From Rhodospirillales bacterium (lineage in GTDB: Bacteria; Pseudomonadota; Alphaproteobacteria; SMXQ01): a DNA stretch of 64,000 nt. The position numbers and the translations under genes were made by a program. Positions 1-11,078 of this stretch are shown piece by piece; within the stretch, counting starts at the first letter, position 1; every line of letters starts with the position of its first letter. The notes under the pieces were generated by a model. That model was not told the DNA's origin. It saw only the letters and a list, made by a program, of their open reading frames with translations, and did no database searches. The stretch is from the NCBI GenBank assembly GCA_018666775.1, contig JABIXC010000007.1, positions 96,845-160,844 of the forward strand, in the 5' to 3' direction.

Positions 1-214
1 GCTTGGCACATAACAACCGACACAAAAGACCATTAAGAAGACCCGCTCTATTACACCTATTCCAAGCACCCTTCTAGCACAGAAAAACTATTTGCATATA
101 ATAACTATTCGCAGCCTAATCGCGCCACAAATCTCTTCTAAATCCCCCTAAAACCCAATTGAGCTACCCTTTAAGGCCCATCGAACCCGGCCGATCACTA
201 GACCAATTACGGTG

Positions 215-1708
215 TTATCCATGATGTTTGCGTTTGAGGGTATGGGATGCCATTCCTGTGACATGCTCTGAAGCCTTTGGCCCATAGGTCTTGTCAATCA
301 TGGCAAGATAAGCGGGATTGTTAAAATATTCATCGAAGGCTCGATCTCTGAAATCAAGGACCTCTTCCGCCCTTAAATGATTGGTCGGCAAAGGCTGGCA
401 TTCATAGGCATGCTGCGAATAGCCGATCCAGCCCGGACCACCCTGATCACTGGGCAAATGCCATTTTTTATCGCAAGCAACCTCATAAAGTTCGGACCCG
501 GGATAAGCCATAGCAGAATAAAAATTAGCCCATTCCGTATTGAGGTGAAGTGCCATATCTAGGGTTTCGCGCATGCTTGCTTCGTCATCCTCAGGCAGGC
601 CAAAGATATAATTTGCGTTGACCGCAATGCCATGTTCACGCACTCTTTCGACCCTGGCGATGATATCATGATCACCAAAGCGCCCTTTGGTCACATCATC
701 GCGCACATGTTTGCTGGCCGACTCGATACCCACAGCCAGCCAATTGAAACCAGCCTTTTTCAGCTTCTCCAGAAACTTGTCCTGAATGGTGTCTATCCGG
801 GCATAAGCCCAGAAATTAAGATCGTAACCCCGTTCAATGACATGATCACAAATTCCGATAACGTGGTTCTTGTTCAAAACAAACATTTCATCGGGAATCT
901 TGATATTCCGAACACCGAATTTGGTGACCAGTTCATCAATCTGTGCAATGACATTTTCCGGACTCCAATACCGGATTCCTGCCCCGCCAAAAGGCGTATT
1001 GATACAGCAAAATGAACATTTGTAGGGACAGCCAAGGCTGGTTTGCAGCGAGGCGTAACTGCCCCGGCTATCAAGATCATGGAATGAATGCCAGTTATGT
1101 GCCCGATACCGGGACATATCCAGCAGTTCCCAGGCCTGACGTGGCAGCAAGGCATCAAGGTCTTTAAGTTTTTCCGCTTGGGGATTGGAGGCAACATCGC
1201 CATCACCATCGCGGTACCACAACCCAGGCACCGCTGAAAGATCCCCACCTTTTTTCAAAACAGTCACAAGCACCTCTACGGTCAGAGGCCCTTCCCCCTG
1301 GCAAACATAGGTATAGGGCTCTTCTTCAAGGGTTCGTTTTGGCAAAGCCGAAGGATGGGTCCCCATGACCAAGGTCGGGGTATCTGAAATTTCATTAAAT
1401 GCGCGACACGTTTTTGTCCCCCCCGGCATACATTGGGTTGATGCCGAAGGCTGTTGCCCATAGATGACAAAAACCACAAGACTGGCATCAAAATCAGCGG
1501 CTGCCTTGGCAGTTTGCTCATGGGTATAGCCCTCAGCCTCGGCATCGATGATGCCAACACCAAACCCCCGGTTTTTCAAAAATTCAGCCATCAAACCCGA
1601 CCATACCGGCGGCTCAATCGCTGCCAAATCGGTGGCCAAGCCTTGATAAACCTCAAGTCTGCTCGGCGGGGTGACAAAAAGAACGTCAAGTTTTTTCAAG
1701 GCTATCAC
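215..1708 (-). CDS. Cobalamin (B12)-binding domain radical SAM protein (class B rSAM family)
   Basis: 497 aa ORF. CX3CX2C radical-SAM cluster motif 'CPYKCSFC' sits mid-protein. An N-terminal Rossmann-like region resembles a B12-binding domain. It is the last gene of a three-gene minus-strand operon after E1 alpha and E1 beta, with 3-124 nt gaps. Confidence 0.75.
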   Translation of the reverse strand: MIALKKLDVLFVTPPSRLEVYQGLATDLAAIEPPVWSGLMAEFLKNRGFGVGIIDAEAEGYTHEQTAKAAADFDASLVVFVIYGQQPSASTQCMPGGTKTCRAFNEISDTPTLVMGTHPSALPKRTLEEEPYTYVCQGEGPLTVEVLVTVLKKGGDLSAVPGLWYRDGDGDVASNPQAEKLKDLDALLPRQAWELLDMSRYRAHNWHSFHDLDSRGSYASLQTSLGCPYKCSFCCINTPFGGAGIRYWSPENVIAQIDELVTKFGVRNIKIPDEMFVLNKNHVIGICDHVIERGYDLNFWAYARIDTIQDKFLEKLKKAGFNWLAVGIESASKHVRDDVTKGRFGDHDIIARVERVREHGIAVNANYIFGLPEDDEASMRETLDMALHLNTEWANFYSAMAYPGSELYEVACDKKWHLPSDQGGPGWIGYSQHAYECQPLPTNHLRAEEVLDFRDRAFDEYFNNPAYLAMIDKTYGPKASEHVTGMASHTLKRKHHG

Positions 1709-1832
1709 GTCATATAATTGGTTATGGATTGGCTAAATGTATCATACAAGGCACGCCCTCAAACACATTTTTTTCCGCCGCAGATGGCCCCTTTTAATGA
1801 AAAAGAGCCCAAATGCCACACGAAAAGCGCGT

Positions 1833-2879
1833 TTAAAAAGGCCCCCGAAATTGGGTTTGATAGGTCAGTTTGGCCCGTTCAGGATCTGGCCCCCAATCAC
1901 TGGGGCCATTGACCATCTGATAGGCCGCTTGGGCAATGGTTCCGGGATTGGGATAGAACACATCTTCCAAAACCGGGGTCGTCGGACAGGTCGTTGGGGC
2001 ATACCCCATTCGTTTTACCTTAATGGGTACGCTATCGGGCCGTTCGACAACACCGGCGACGATTTCCGCACCGGCGCCACAGGTGGTCCAGGAATTATCA
2101 ACGACAAGCAGTTTCCCTGTACGGAACGCCGATTTTGAAATCGTCTCCAGGTCCAGCGGCACCAACGATATCGGATCTATGATTTCGGCATCAATCCCCG
2201 CATCAGCCAGAATTTCTGCCGCCCGAACACATTCCATGAACATGTTCGAAATGCCAACAATGGTAACATCACTTCCCGGCCGCGCAATTCGGGCTTTGCC
2301 AAACGGCACCGTATAACTTTCTTCTGGCACTTCCGCATCAGTGTTATAGAGCAACCGGTGCTCGACAAAAATAACCGGATTGTTGTCACGGATTGCAGCA
2401 ATCATGCAGCCCTTGGCATCATAGGCATTGGAGGGGGCAACAACCTTCAGCCCCGGCACATGCATAAACATGGAATATAGACCTTGGGAATGTTGCGCAC
2501 CCTGGCCCCAGGATTTCCCAATCATACTGCGCACGACCAACGGCACCTTAACCTGACCATCGTACATATAATGGGCCTTTGCCGCAATATTGACCAATTG
2601 GTTCATGGCCAGCATCAAAAAATCCATTCGAATATGAACATGGATCGGCCGCATGCCAGCCATTGCGGCGCCGATCGCCACACCCGTCATTGCATCTTCA
2701 GACAACGGCGTGCCAAACACACGTTCTGGACCGAACTGTTCCAAAAGCCCCCGGGTCGAGCCCTGGATCGCCTTATGGTCATCAACATCAAGGCCAAAGA
2801 TGAAAACGCTGGGATCAAGCGCCATTTCCTGAGCGAAGGCTTCTTGAAGGGCATCAACATACTGTAGAGAACGGCTCAT
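1833..2879 (-). CDS. 2-oxoacid (pyruvate/acetoin-type) dehydrogenase E1 component beta subunit (transketolase-like Pyr and C-terminal domains)
   Basis: 348 aa. Full-length similarity to E1-beta and acetoin dehydrogenase beta subunits (recalled from memory, no search run). Stop codon lies 3 nt from the E1 alpha gene end. Confidence 0.8.
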   Translation of the reverse strand: MSRSLQYVDALQEAFAQEMALDPSVFIFGLDVDDHKAIQGSTRGLLEQFGPERVFGTPLSEDAMTGVAIGAAMAGMRPIHVHIRMDFLMLAMNQLVNIAAKAHYMYDGQVKVPLVVRSMIGKSWGQGAQHSQGLYSMFMHVPGLKVVAPSNAYDAKGCMIAAIRDNNPVIFVEHRLLYNTDAEVPEESYTVPFGKARIARPGSDVTIVGISNMFMECVRAAEILADAGIDAEIIDPISLVPLDLETISKSAFRTGKLLVVDNSWTTCGAGAEIVAGVVERPDSVPIKVKRMGYAPTTCPTTPVLEDVFYPNPGTIAQAAYQMVNGPSDWGPDPERAKLTYQTQFRGPF

Positions 2880-2882
2880 CGC

Positions 2883-3944
2883 TTAATCCGAATAGATGTT
2901 ATCAAAGACCCGTTCCAATTCTGGAAACGGGCTGGTCTCTGCAAAGTCGATGGCTTCTGCAACAAGCGCCTCAACCTCTGCGTCTATCCGTGTCCGATCC
3001 ACTGCGGGCAACATTGCACCCACTTTTTCGACTTGGTCCGCTGCACGCCATTTTTCCATATCTTTTTCAGAACGATACCCCGCATCATAATCCTTATTCG
3101 GACCAACATGTTCGTACCAACGATAGGTTTTGCATTCCAGAAATCCCGGGCCGCCACCTTTGCGCATGGCTGCAATCATTTTTTCTGCTGCCCCATGAAT
3201 GGCAAAAACATCAGAATCTTCGATGATCGTTGTGGGAATCCCATAGGTTTCGACGCGTTCAGATAGTTTATCTTGTGCCCAACGGCGCGTTGAAGGTGTG
3301 TGAATGGCATATCCATTGTTTTCACAAACGAACAGCACAGGCAATTTATGCAATGCCGCAAAATTGAGGCTTTCTGAAAACACGCCTTCTTCTGTGGCAC
3401 CGTCACCAAAAAAGGCCGCAACCACCCGGCCCTTTCCTTCTTTTTGAAAGGCCAGTGCATACCCAAGTGCAATGGGGACGGTCGTCCCGACCACGGCAGA
3501 CGTTCCCAAAACCATGTGTTCCATGTCAATCAGATGCATGGAACCACCCTTGCCGCCAGTGATGCCGCCAGACTTTCCATACAGCTCTGCGATCATGCGA
3601 TTAAGGTTGCCACCCTTGGCGAGATAGGTCGCGTGCCCTCTATAGGTGCCCGATGCTGCATCATCTGCGCGAAGGGCCTGGCAAATACCAACCGCGACGG
3701 ATTCCTGACCAATTGACAAATGGACAGGACTTTTAATTTTATCGCTGGGATAAATTTCTGCGATTTTCTCTTCGGCACGTCGAATGAGACGAAGAATGGA
3801 ATAGGCCTTCTCTACATCCAATGACGGCACTACCGCATCCTTATTATTTGCACTCAATTTGAAAAATCCCCTTGGAAATACCCGGTTTAGGCCCTGGAAA
3901 GTTTGCTCGGAAAGTTTATTGTACTGCGCAGACTGTATACACAC
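2883..3944 (-). CDS. TPP-dependent 2-oxoacid dehydrogenase E1 component alpha subunit
   Basis: 353 aa. TPP-binding 'GDG(X)n NN' signature (FFGDGATEEG...CENNGYAI). A 'YRGHA' motif typical of E1 alpha and acetoin dehydrogenase alpha. The start codon appears to be GTG at 3942-3944. Confidence 0.8.
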   Translation of the reverse strand: MCIQSAQYNKLSEQTFQGLNRVFPRGFFKLSANNKDAVVPSLDVEKAYSILRLIRRAEEKIAEIYPSDKIKSPVHLSIGQESVAVGICQALRADDAASGTYRGHATYLAKGGNLNRMIAELYGKSGGITGGKGGSMHLIDMEHMVLGTSAVVGTTVPIALGYALAFQKEGKGRVVAAFFGDGATEEGVFSESLNFAALHKLPVLFVCENNGYAIHTPSTRRWAQDKLSERVETYGIPTTIIEDSDVFAIHGAAEKMIAAMRKGGGPGFLECKTYRWYEHVGPNKDYDAGYRSEKDMEKWRAADQVEKVGAMLPAVDRTRIDAEVEALVAEAIDFAETSPFPELERVFDNIYSD

Positions 3945-4138
3945 AATTACTACATAGGTATGGCCCCAATCCTACCTCATTGAAAACCAAATACACAATC
4001 CAACCTGCCCAACCTACCCAACCCGCCAATTGACAGACAATCATCCGTTAAGCGACAGCGCTGCCCGTTGACAAGGCCCCGGCTGCTCCCCATTCTAATC
4101 GCTGAGCGCAACCTCAAAAGCCTGGATCAGAAGCTTAA

Positions 4139-5500
4139 TTGATGTCCCCATCCCCCATTTCCCCCTTAAAATCATTGTTTTCCTTCCGGCCGGGGCTCGG
4201 CACCGTCGCCGTTATTGGCGCGCTCACCTGGGTGTTTGGCATATGGGTGGGGCCATGGCTGATGCCGGTCCAGACCCCCTACACCTTGGCCGCAATCGAT
4301 CACGAACATGAAATAGACCCCATGCGCCATGTGTTGGCCCTTAGTCGATCAGAGGGCGAGGCGGCGCCACGGATCACCCCACAAATTCGCACCATTTCTG
4401 TGCGGCGCGGCGACACCTTGATGAAAGTTCTGACCCGTGCCCGGGTTAATCGAAAAGAGGCCTATAAGGCCATTGCGGCACTGCGCAAGGTATTCAAACC
4501 CCGCGATTTGGCACCGGGCACCAAACTGGAAATTGCTTTTCTCCCCCTAAGCGATGCCGCCGATGCACGGCGTTCTTTTCGGGGTTTTGAATTCAAACCC
4601 GATGTCGCAAAGACCGTTGCCGTCGCACGGTCTTGGGATAACCGGTTTGAGGCTTATGTCTCCAAAACAAAGCTGGTCCATTCCCAGGCCCGGGCATCGG
4701 GCACCATTCGCACCAGTCTTTATGTCGATGCTGTGAAAGCGGGAATCCCTGTGCCGGTGATTGTTGAAATGATCCACGCCTTTTCTTTCGATGTCGATTT
4801 CCAGCGTGATATCCATCCCAATGATGGGTTTGAGGTTCTCTTTGATCGGTTGCTAACCCCTGAAGGAAAATTGGCGAAATCAGGCGATGTCATCTATGCT
4901 ACGCTAGTTTTAAAGGGAAAGCGCTATCCCCTGTATCGCCACCGCCTGCGCGACGGCACCCTTGATTACTTCAATCACAAAGGTGAAAGCGTGCGCAAAG
5001 CATTGATGCGCACCCCCATTGATGGCGCGCGCCTGTCGTCGCGATTTGGGCGCAGACGCCACCCCATTCTTGGCTATATGAAGGCCCATCGCGGGATTGA
5101 TTTTGCAGCCCCCCGGGGCACCCCCATCATGGCCGCAGGTCGCGGTGTGGTGGTGGCAGCGGGGCGCAATGGGTCTTATGGCCTTTACGTCCGCATCCGC
5201 CACAACACAACCTATTCCACGGCCTATGCCCATATGCGGGGCATTGCGCGCAGCATCCGGCGCGGACGCCGGGTTCGCCAGGGCCAAACCATTGGCTATG
5301 TCGGAACAACAGGGCGATCAACCGGGCCGCATTTGCATTATGAAATTCTGCGCAACAATCGGCGCATCAACCCATTGGGGTTAAAATTACCAACGGGTCA
5401 AAAGCTTAAAGGTAAAAAATTAAAGCGGTTTATGGCGGCACGGCGCGAAATAGACAAAGCCTTCACGAACCTTGGAGAAACGGCATCAAGCCGGCCCTAA
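4139..5500 (+). CDS. M23 family metallopeptidase with OapA/LysM-like N-terminal region
   Basis: 453 aa. N-terminal TM segment. C-terminal M23 signature '[14 protein letters not shown]...[17 protein letters not shown]'. Confidence 0.8.
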   Translation: MMSPSPISPLKSLFSFRPGLGTVAVIGALTWVFGIWVGPWLMPVQTPYTLAAIDHEHEIDPMRHVLALSRSEGEAAPRITPQIRTISVRRGDTLMKVLTRARVNRKEAYKAIAALRKVFKPRDLAPGTKLEIAFLPLSDAADARRSFRGFEFKPDVAKTVAVARSWDNRFEAYVSKTKLVHSQARASGTIRTSLYVDAVKAGIPVPVIVEMIHAFSFDVDFQRDIHPNDGFEVLFDRLLTPEGKLAKSGDVIYATLVLKGKRYPLYRHRLRDGTLDYFNHKGESVRKALMRTPIDGARLSSRFGRRRHPILGYMKAHRGIDFAAPRGTPIMAAGRGVVVAAGRNGSYGLYVRIRHNTTYSTAYAHMRGIARSIRRGRRVRQGQTIGYVGTTGRSTGPHLHYEILRNNRRINPLGLKLPTGQKLKGKKLKRFMAARREIDKAFTNLGETASSRP

Positions 5501-8122
5501 TCTAGGCGGCATTGAGCCACCGGCAATCTGGGCGGCGACAGCCTGTTTCCCATTAATCAAAAGCCCGTCTTTGCCAGAGGTCACTTTGACCGTTTCACCA
5601 TCTGCCACGGTGCCATCGAGAATCAGGTTCGCCAGCGGGTTTTGCAGGCTTTTCTGGATCACACGCTTCAGGGGGCGGGCACCATACACCGGATCATACC
5701 CGGTATCGGCCAACCAGCGCTGCGCGCCTTGATCCAGATCAAGGGTAATGTTGCGATCCGCCAAAAGTCCTTCCAGATGATGCAACTGAATGGAAACGAT
5801 TGCCCCCATTTGTTCACGGGTCAGACGCTGGAACAGTAAAATCTCATCCAGACGGTTCAAAAATTCAGGCCGGAAATGGCCACGAACCACATCCATCACC
5901 GCTTCGCGCATGGCAACGGGATCATCATCTTCGTCTTCTACAGCAGTTGCTGCCATAAATTCAGAGCCAAGGTTCGATGTCATGATGATCAGGGTATTGG
6001 TGAAATCCACGGTGCGGCCTTGGCCATCGGTCAGACGGCCATCGTCTAATACCTGCAACAAAACGTTGAAGACATCGCTGTGGGCTTTTTCGATTTCGTC
6101 AAACAAAATCACCTGAAAGGGCTTGCGCCGAACCGCTTCGGTCAGCGCCCCACCCTCTTCATAGCCAACATAGCCCGGAGGTGCGCCGATCAGGCGCGCC
6201 ACGGAATGTTTTTCCATATATTCCGACATATCGATGCGAACCATGGCGGCATCATCATCAAACATAAATTCTGCCAATGCCTTGGTCAGTTCCGTCTTGC
6301 CAACACCGGTCGGGCCTAAAAACATGAACGATCCAATGGGCCGGTGGGGGTCTTGTAACCCGGCCCGGGCACGCCGCACCGCATTGGAAACCGCCTCAAT
6401 GGCCACTTCCTGACCAATGACCCGGGCACCCAAACTGTGTTCCATGGAAAGAAGCTTTTCACGCTCTCCTTCCAGCATTTTGTCTACGGGAATACCGGTC
6501 CAACGTGACACCACGGCGGCAATGGCTTCCGGGGTCACTTCCTCCTTGGCTGATTTCCCTGCTTCAACCGCTTCTTTGGCGGCCAGTTCTTTTTCAAGCT
6601 CCGGGATAACGCCATAGCTCAGCTCTCCGGCACGCGCCAGATCGCCTTCGCGCTCAACAATCTCTAGCTCAGAACGCGCATGATCCAGCTTTTCCTTGAT
6701 TTTATGCGCCCCAGCCAGCTTTTCTTTTTCGGCATCCCACGTCGCCGTCAGCGCCAAGGATTGCCCTTCAAGGCCGGATAGTTCCGTTTCCAGGGCAACC
6801 AGCCGCGCTTTTGATGCCGCGTCATCTTCTTTCTTCAGGGCTTCACGCTCGATCTTTAACTGAATGATGCGACGATCCAGCTCGTCAATTTCTTCAGGCT
6901 TTGAATCCACCTCCATGCGCAGCCGGCTGGATGCTTCATCCATCAAATCAATGGCTTTATCGGGTAAAAAACGATCAGAAATATAGCGGTTCGACATCGC
7001 AGCCGCCGCAACAAGGGCAGAATCTGAAATTCTGACCCCATGGTGCAGTTCATATTTTTCCTTCAACCCACGCAGGATTGAGACCGTATCCTCCACCGTT
7101 GGTTCACACACCAAAAGCTGCTGGAAGCGGCGCGCAAGGGCGGCATCCTTTTCGATGTGCTTGCGGTATTCATCCAACGTGGTAGCGCCAACACAATGCA
7201 GCTCGCCGCGCGCTAGGGCCGGTTTCAGCATATTGGATGCATCCATGGAACCTTCAGCCGCACCTGCCCCCACCAGGGTGTGTAATTCATCGATAAACAA
7301 AATAATCTCACCTTCGGCGGCGGTGATTTCCTGCAACACCGCCTTCAGGCGTTCTTCAAATTCACCCCGGAATTTTGCACCGGCAATCAATGCACCCAGA
7401 TCAAGGCTCAGCAGTTTTTTATGCTTCAGGCTTTCAGGCACATCCCCCTTGATGATGCGCAGCGCCAGGCCTTCGGCAATGGCCGTTTTGCCAACACCAG
7501 GCTCACCGATCAAGATCGGGTTATTTTTGGTGCGTCTGGATAAAATTTGTATGGTGCGCCGGATTTCATCATCGCGGCCAATAACCGGGTCCAGTTTTCC
7601 GTCGCGCGCCGCCTCAGTCAGATCGCGGGCATATTTTTTCAAGGCGTCATAGCTGTCTTCTGCCGTCGCACTGTCGGCGGCGCGCCCCTTGCGCACATCT
7701 TCAATGGCCCCATTCAGATTCTGGGGTGTCAAACCACTGTCGCTCAGAATTTTGGCCCCATCCGTTCCCACGGCCATGACAAGGGCCAACAAGATACGCT
7801 CTGCCGTGACAAAACTATCGCCTGATTTTTCAGAAAGTTTGGCAGCGTTTTCAAGAACGCGCCCCAATTCCTGACCAATGAAAAACTGGCCCGAACCTTC
7901 TACCTTTGGCCGGGCTGATAACGCCGCTTCTGTCGCTTTCAATGCCGCCTTCGGATCAGCGCCAGCCTTGGTCATCAGATTGGCAGCAAGACCTTCTTCG
8001 TCTTCCAACAACACCTTCAAAAGATGTTCGGGCGCCATTTCCTGATGCTTGCTGTTTACAGCAAGACTTTGGGCGGACTGCATAAAGCCACGTGAACGTT
8101 CTGTAAATTTTTCAAAGTCCAT
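5486..8122 (-). CDS. clpB: ATP-dependent chaperone ClpB
   Basis: 878 aa. Clp N domain, two AAA+ modules with Walker A motifs (GEPGVGKT; GPTGVGKT), and a long middle coiled coil. Confidence 0.95.
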   Translation of the reverse strand: MDFEKFTERSRGFMQSAQSLAVNSKHQEMAPEHLLKVLLEDEEGLAANLMTKAGADPKAALKATEAALSARPKVEGSGQFFIGQELGRVLENAAKLSEKSGDSFVTAERILLALVMAVGTDGAKILSDSGLTPQNLNGAIEDVRKGRAADSATAEDSYDALKKYARDLTEAARDGKLDPVIGRDDEIRRTIQILSRRTKNNPILIGEPGVGKTAIAEGLALRIIKGDVPESLKHKKLLSLDLGALIAGAKFRGEFEERLKAVLQEITAAEGEIILFIDELHTLVGAGAAEGSMDASNMLKPALARGELHCVGATTLDEYRKHIEKDAALARRFQQLLVCEPTVEDTVSILRGLKEKYELHHGVRISDSALVAAAAMSNRYISDRFLPDKAIDLMDEASSRLRMEVDSKPEEIDELDRRIIQLKIEREALKKEDDAASKARLVALETELSGLEGQSLALTATWDAEKEKLAGAHKIKEKLDHARSELEIVEREGDLARAGELSYGVIPELEKELAAKEAVEAGKSAKEEVTPEAIAAVVSRWTGIPVDKMLEGEREKLLSMEHSLGARVIGQEVAIEAVSNAVRRARAGLQDPHRPIGSFMFLGPTGVGKTELTKALAEFMFDDDAAMVRIDMSEYMEKHSVARLIGAPPGYVGYEEGGALTEAVRRKPFQVILFDEIEKAHSDVFNVLLQVLDDGRLTDGQGRTVDFTNTLIIMTSNLGSEFMAATAVEDEDDDPVAMREAVMDVVRGHFRPEFLNRLDEILLFQRLTREQMGAIVSIQLHHLEGLLADRNITLDLDQGAQRWLADTGYDPVYGARPLKRVIQKSLQNPLANLILDGTVADGETVKVTSGKDGLLINGKQAVAAQIAGGSMPPRLGPA

Positions 8123-8213
8123 AATATGGCCCCCGACCTAGATCCTTCGCGCCAAAACATATACAGCGCGATTACAATGAAACCGTTAACCCCTTAAATA
8201 AATGGGTATAATT

Positions 8214-8243
8214 TATATGGGAACGAATCAGAAAAAGACAAGA
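8214..8243 (-). promoter_or_regulatory. Candidate sigma-32 (RpoH)-type heat-shock promoter upstream of clpB
   Basis: On the minus strand the sequence reads 'CTTGTC-N15-CCCATATA', about 95 nt upstream of the clpB start. It resembles the CTTGAAA-N13-15-CCCCATNT consensus. Judged by eye only. Confidence 0.25.
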
Positions 8244-8253
8244 GGAAGGGTGA

Positions 8254-9240
8254 TTATTTCGCGGTTATTCGCGGTTTTTCAAGAATAACCATGGCTTCTT
8301 TCACGGTGAATACACCATCATCAAGGTTTGAAAACAATGCATTAAACGTGCTGCGATCAGATGGCGTGCAATCGCGAGGCAACACCGAAGATAGGGTTAC
8401 GTTGAACCCTGCATCTTTCATAATTGCTTCCACTTCGGAGCATTGCAATCGATTGGTATAGAAACCAGAGCGCTGTGAAAACCACGGCGCTTCCCATAAT
8501 TTTTCCGCAAACCGAAGATTATTATAGTCGCCCCCAAGATGATCCCTGAAATCAATCATGTGGGGACTGATGCCTCCGGGCTTCAAAATGCGAAAAAATT
8601 CAACCATGATCGGAAAAAATTGTTCTTTTGGAACATGCTCCAAAACCGCATTTGAAAAAATAAAATCGCACGCATCATCGGGAATTTTTTTTAGACTTTC
8701 TAACCCATCTTCCAAATAGGCCGTATCGCACAAATTGATGAGCGTCTGCACATTGGGCGCTTTTCGAAGCTGCCCAAGACCGGCATCTGGGGTTTCTTCT
8801 GAAAGCCTGACCAGAAGTTCACTGTAAATAGACAAGTTTTGCGATGCATAGGAGCCTGCATCCACCAGCCAACCAAATTTGGCACCTCGGGCACGGCCAA
8901 TCACGGCGGATGAAAGGGTGTCACCGGGGCCGAGTTCAAGGAAGGTAAATCCCGGCGGGGGGTTTCCGGCTGCCTCGTAACAACGATCGAACACCCCTAT
9001 GGCATAATCAGAATCCAGCATGCCACCGGGCCGAAAAAGGCCAATCATTTGCCATATCCGTCCACCCACCGGCAGGCGCGCCAAAATAACTTTGGTGGCA
9101 ATCTTGAACCACCAGGGGAACAGCGCTTTAAAAGCCTCTAACTTGCTTAGATTTTCCATTTTTCTTTCCACGCCTGAAACATCAAAATCGTCCATAATCG
9201 GTAAGACCAATTGCGCCGCCCTGAAAGGTGTTCCTGCCAA
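8254..9240 (-). CDS. Class I SAM-dependent methyltransferase
   Basis: Methyltransferase glycine-rich motif 'LELGPGDTLS'. The 5' end overlaps the asnB stop, so the true start is probably an internal Met (about 9195 or 9159). It is the last gene of the GT4-asnB-MT operon. Confidence 0.65.
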   Translation of the reverse strand: MAGTPFRAAQLVLPIMDDFDVSGVERKMENLSKLEAFKALFPWWFKIATKVILARLPVGGRIWQMIGLFRPGGMLDSDYAIGVFDRCYEAAGNPPPGFTFLELGPGDTLSSAVIGRARGAKFGWLVDAGSYASQNLSIYSELLVRLSEETPDAGLGQLRKAPNVQTLINLCDTAYLEDGLESLKKIPDDACDFIFSNAVLEHVPKEQFFPIMVEFFRILKPGGISPHMIDFRDHLGGDYNNLRFAEKLWEAPWFSQRSGFYTNRLQCSEVEAIMKDAGFNVTLSSVLPRDCTPSDRSTFNALFSNLDDGVFTVKEAMVILEKPRITAK

Positions 9241-11078
9241 TGAGCGCTGACCACATCGGCATTCAAAACCCCTTCATTTTTCAATCGCTCATGTGACAGC
9301 AAGGTTTCCGCCCAATCGCGCAATGGGCCTCTCAGCCAATCCCCCACCGGAACGCCGAAACCCATCTTTGGCCGATCTACCAATTCACGGGGAACATGGC
9401 GGTATAAAATCTGGCGCAAGGCCCATTTTGAAACACCCCCCCGGCGTTTAAACGAAGGATGCATCCGCCAGGCATGTTCCACCACCCGGTGATCCAGCAA
9501 CGGCACGCGGGCTTCAAGCGCCACCGCCATGGATGCCCGATCCACCTTTGTCAGGATGTCATCGGGCAGGTAGGTCACCGTATCAAGGTATTGCATACGC
9601 GAGAGAAAATTGGGGATATCCCCCCTCAGGGTGTCATCAAAAATGGCTCCCTGAATTTCCGATGCGCCTGGCACCAGAACATTTGGTTCTGACCATTGCG
9701 CACAGATGGCCCGATAAACGGCATCATCATCACATGCCTGCAAAACCCGGGAAAGTTTTGCCAATTTATCGCCAAGTGCCGGCGGGCGAAACCGGATGGG
9801 GATAGGGCGGGAGAAGGTATCCCAGGCGCCTGGGGGCAAAGCCCCGATCATGGACCCAAGGGCGCGCCGCAAAACCGGCGGCACGAACCCAAGCCTGGCC
9901 ACCCCGGCAAGGCGGTATCGATCATAGCCCGCGAATAATTCATCGCCGCCATCCCCCGACAACGCCACTGTCACGTGTTCACGGGCAAGCTTTGATATCA
10001 GAAAGGTTGGAATGGCACTGACATCGGCAAAGGGTTCATCATGCATCATTGGCAAATCAGGGATAACCGCCCGGGCATCATCGGGGCGCACGGTCAATTC
10101 CGTATGATCTGTCCCTAAATGGGCAGCAACATCGCGGGCGTGATTTGCCTCGTTGTAATCGGCTTCATCAAAGCCAATGGTAAAGGTTTTAACCGGGGCG
10201 GTGCTTTCGGCCTGCATCAAGGCAACGACGGTGGACGAATCAATCCCCCCTGAAAGAAATGCCCCCAACGGCACGTCGGAAACAAGCCGGCAACGCACGG
10301 CTTCGCGCAATTGGGCTTCCAGTGCATCCAGAGATGCTCCCTCATCAACCACCTTTCCCTGTGTCGTTTGAGAAACAATGGCGCGCAAATCCCACCAAGT
10401 ATGGTCATTGGCAACCCCATCCACACCAAATTCAAGCATATGGCCTGGGCATAATTTATAGACATTGCGATATATGGTGGCAGGGGTGGGAACGTAGCCA
10501 TGGCGAAAATAGGAAGCCGCCGCATCCCGGTCCAGTTCCCCTTTGAATTCAGGATGCGCCACCAGTGCCTTTAACTCGGATGCAAACATAATGGTCCGCC
10601 CCATGCGGCCCCAATATAGCGGCTTTATGCCCAACCGATCCCGGGCCAGAAACAGTCGGCGTTCACGTTTATCCCAAAGGGCAAATGCAAACATGCCGAC
10701 AGCGCGCTTTAGCGTTTCTTCCACGCCCCACCAGGCACAAGCCTCCAGCAGGATTTCTGTATCGCAGAGGCCGCGAAGTGTTGGCCCACCCGAAGCTGCA
10801 AGCGCACCGCGAAGCTCTTCTGCATTATAAATTTCGCCGTTATAGGCAATGACGAACCGCCCATCATTCGATGCCATAGGCTGGGCACCAGTGGCGCTTA
10901 AATCAATTACCGCAAGACGCTGATGCCCAAGAGCAATGCCCCCCGCCCCATCGGCCCAGGTGCCAGCACCATCGGGACCACGATGCGATAAGGTTGCCGC
11001 CATTCCCTTCACAATGTGTTCAAGCGCGCCTTTAGGCTGGCCACGAGCGAGGTCAAAAAATCCGGCAATGCCGCACAT
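9147..11078 (-). CDS. asnB: Asparagine synthase (glutamine-hydrolysing) family amidotransferase
   Basis: 643 aa. N-terminal 'MCGIAGFF' class-II glutamine amidotransferase nucleophile. C-terminal synthetase PP-loop 'SGGIDSS'. Confidence 0.85.
   Translation of the reverse strand: MCGIAGFFDLARGQPKGALEHIVKGMAATLSHRGPDGAGTWADGAGGIALGHQRLAVIDLSATGAQPMASNDGRFVIAYNGEIYNAEELRGALAASGGPTLRGLCDTEILLEACAWWGVEETLKRAVGMFAFALWDKRERRLFLARDRLGIKPLYWGRMGRTIMFASELKALVAHPEFKGELDRDAAASYFRHGYVPTPATIYRNVYKLCPGHMLEFGVDGVANDHTWWDLRAIVSQTTQGKVVDEGASLDALEAQLREAVRCRLVSDVPLGAFLSGGIDSSTVVALMQAESTAPVKTFTIGFDEADYNEANHARDVAAHLGTDHTELTVRPDDARAVIPDLPMMHDEPFADVSAIPTFLISKLAREHVTVALSGDGGDELFAGYDRYRLAGVARLGFVPPVLRRALGSMIGALPPGAWDTFSRPIPIRFRPPALGDKLAKLSRVLQACDDDAVYRAICAQWSEPNVLVPGASEIQGAIFDDTLRGDIPNFLSRMQYLDTVTYLPDDILTKVDRASMAVALEARVPLLDHRVVEHAWRMHPSFKRRGGVSKWALRQILYRHVPRELVDRPKMGFGVPVGDWLRGPLRDWAETLLSHERLKNEGVLNADVVSAHWQEHLSGRRNWSYRLWTILMFQAWKEKWKI

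Noticed and set aside
1-214. Non-coding 214 nt at the window start as possible tRNA/ncRNA
   Set aside because: No cloverleaf-compatible inverted repeats or conserved tRNA boxes were seen. It is probably the terminator/intergenic region downstream of the rSAM gene, though a short ncRNA cannot be excluded without covariance-model scanning.
3945-4138. Possible cobalamin riboswitch upstream of the E1alpha-E1beta-B12-rSAM operon
   Set aside because: Scanned both strands for a B12-box-like core (AGYCMGGAAGRCCTGCC-like) and conserved stems and found none. The region only shows CCAACC-type short repeats and a TTGACA hexamer.
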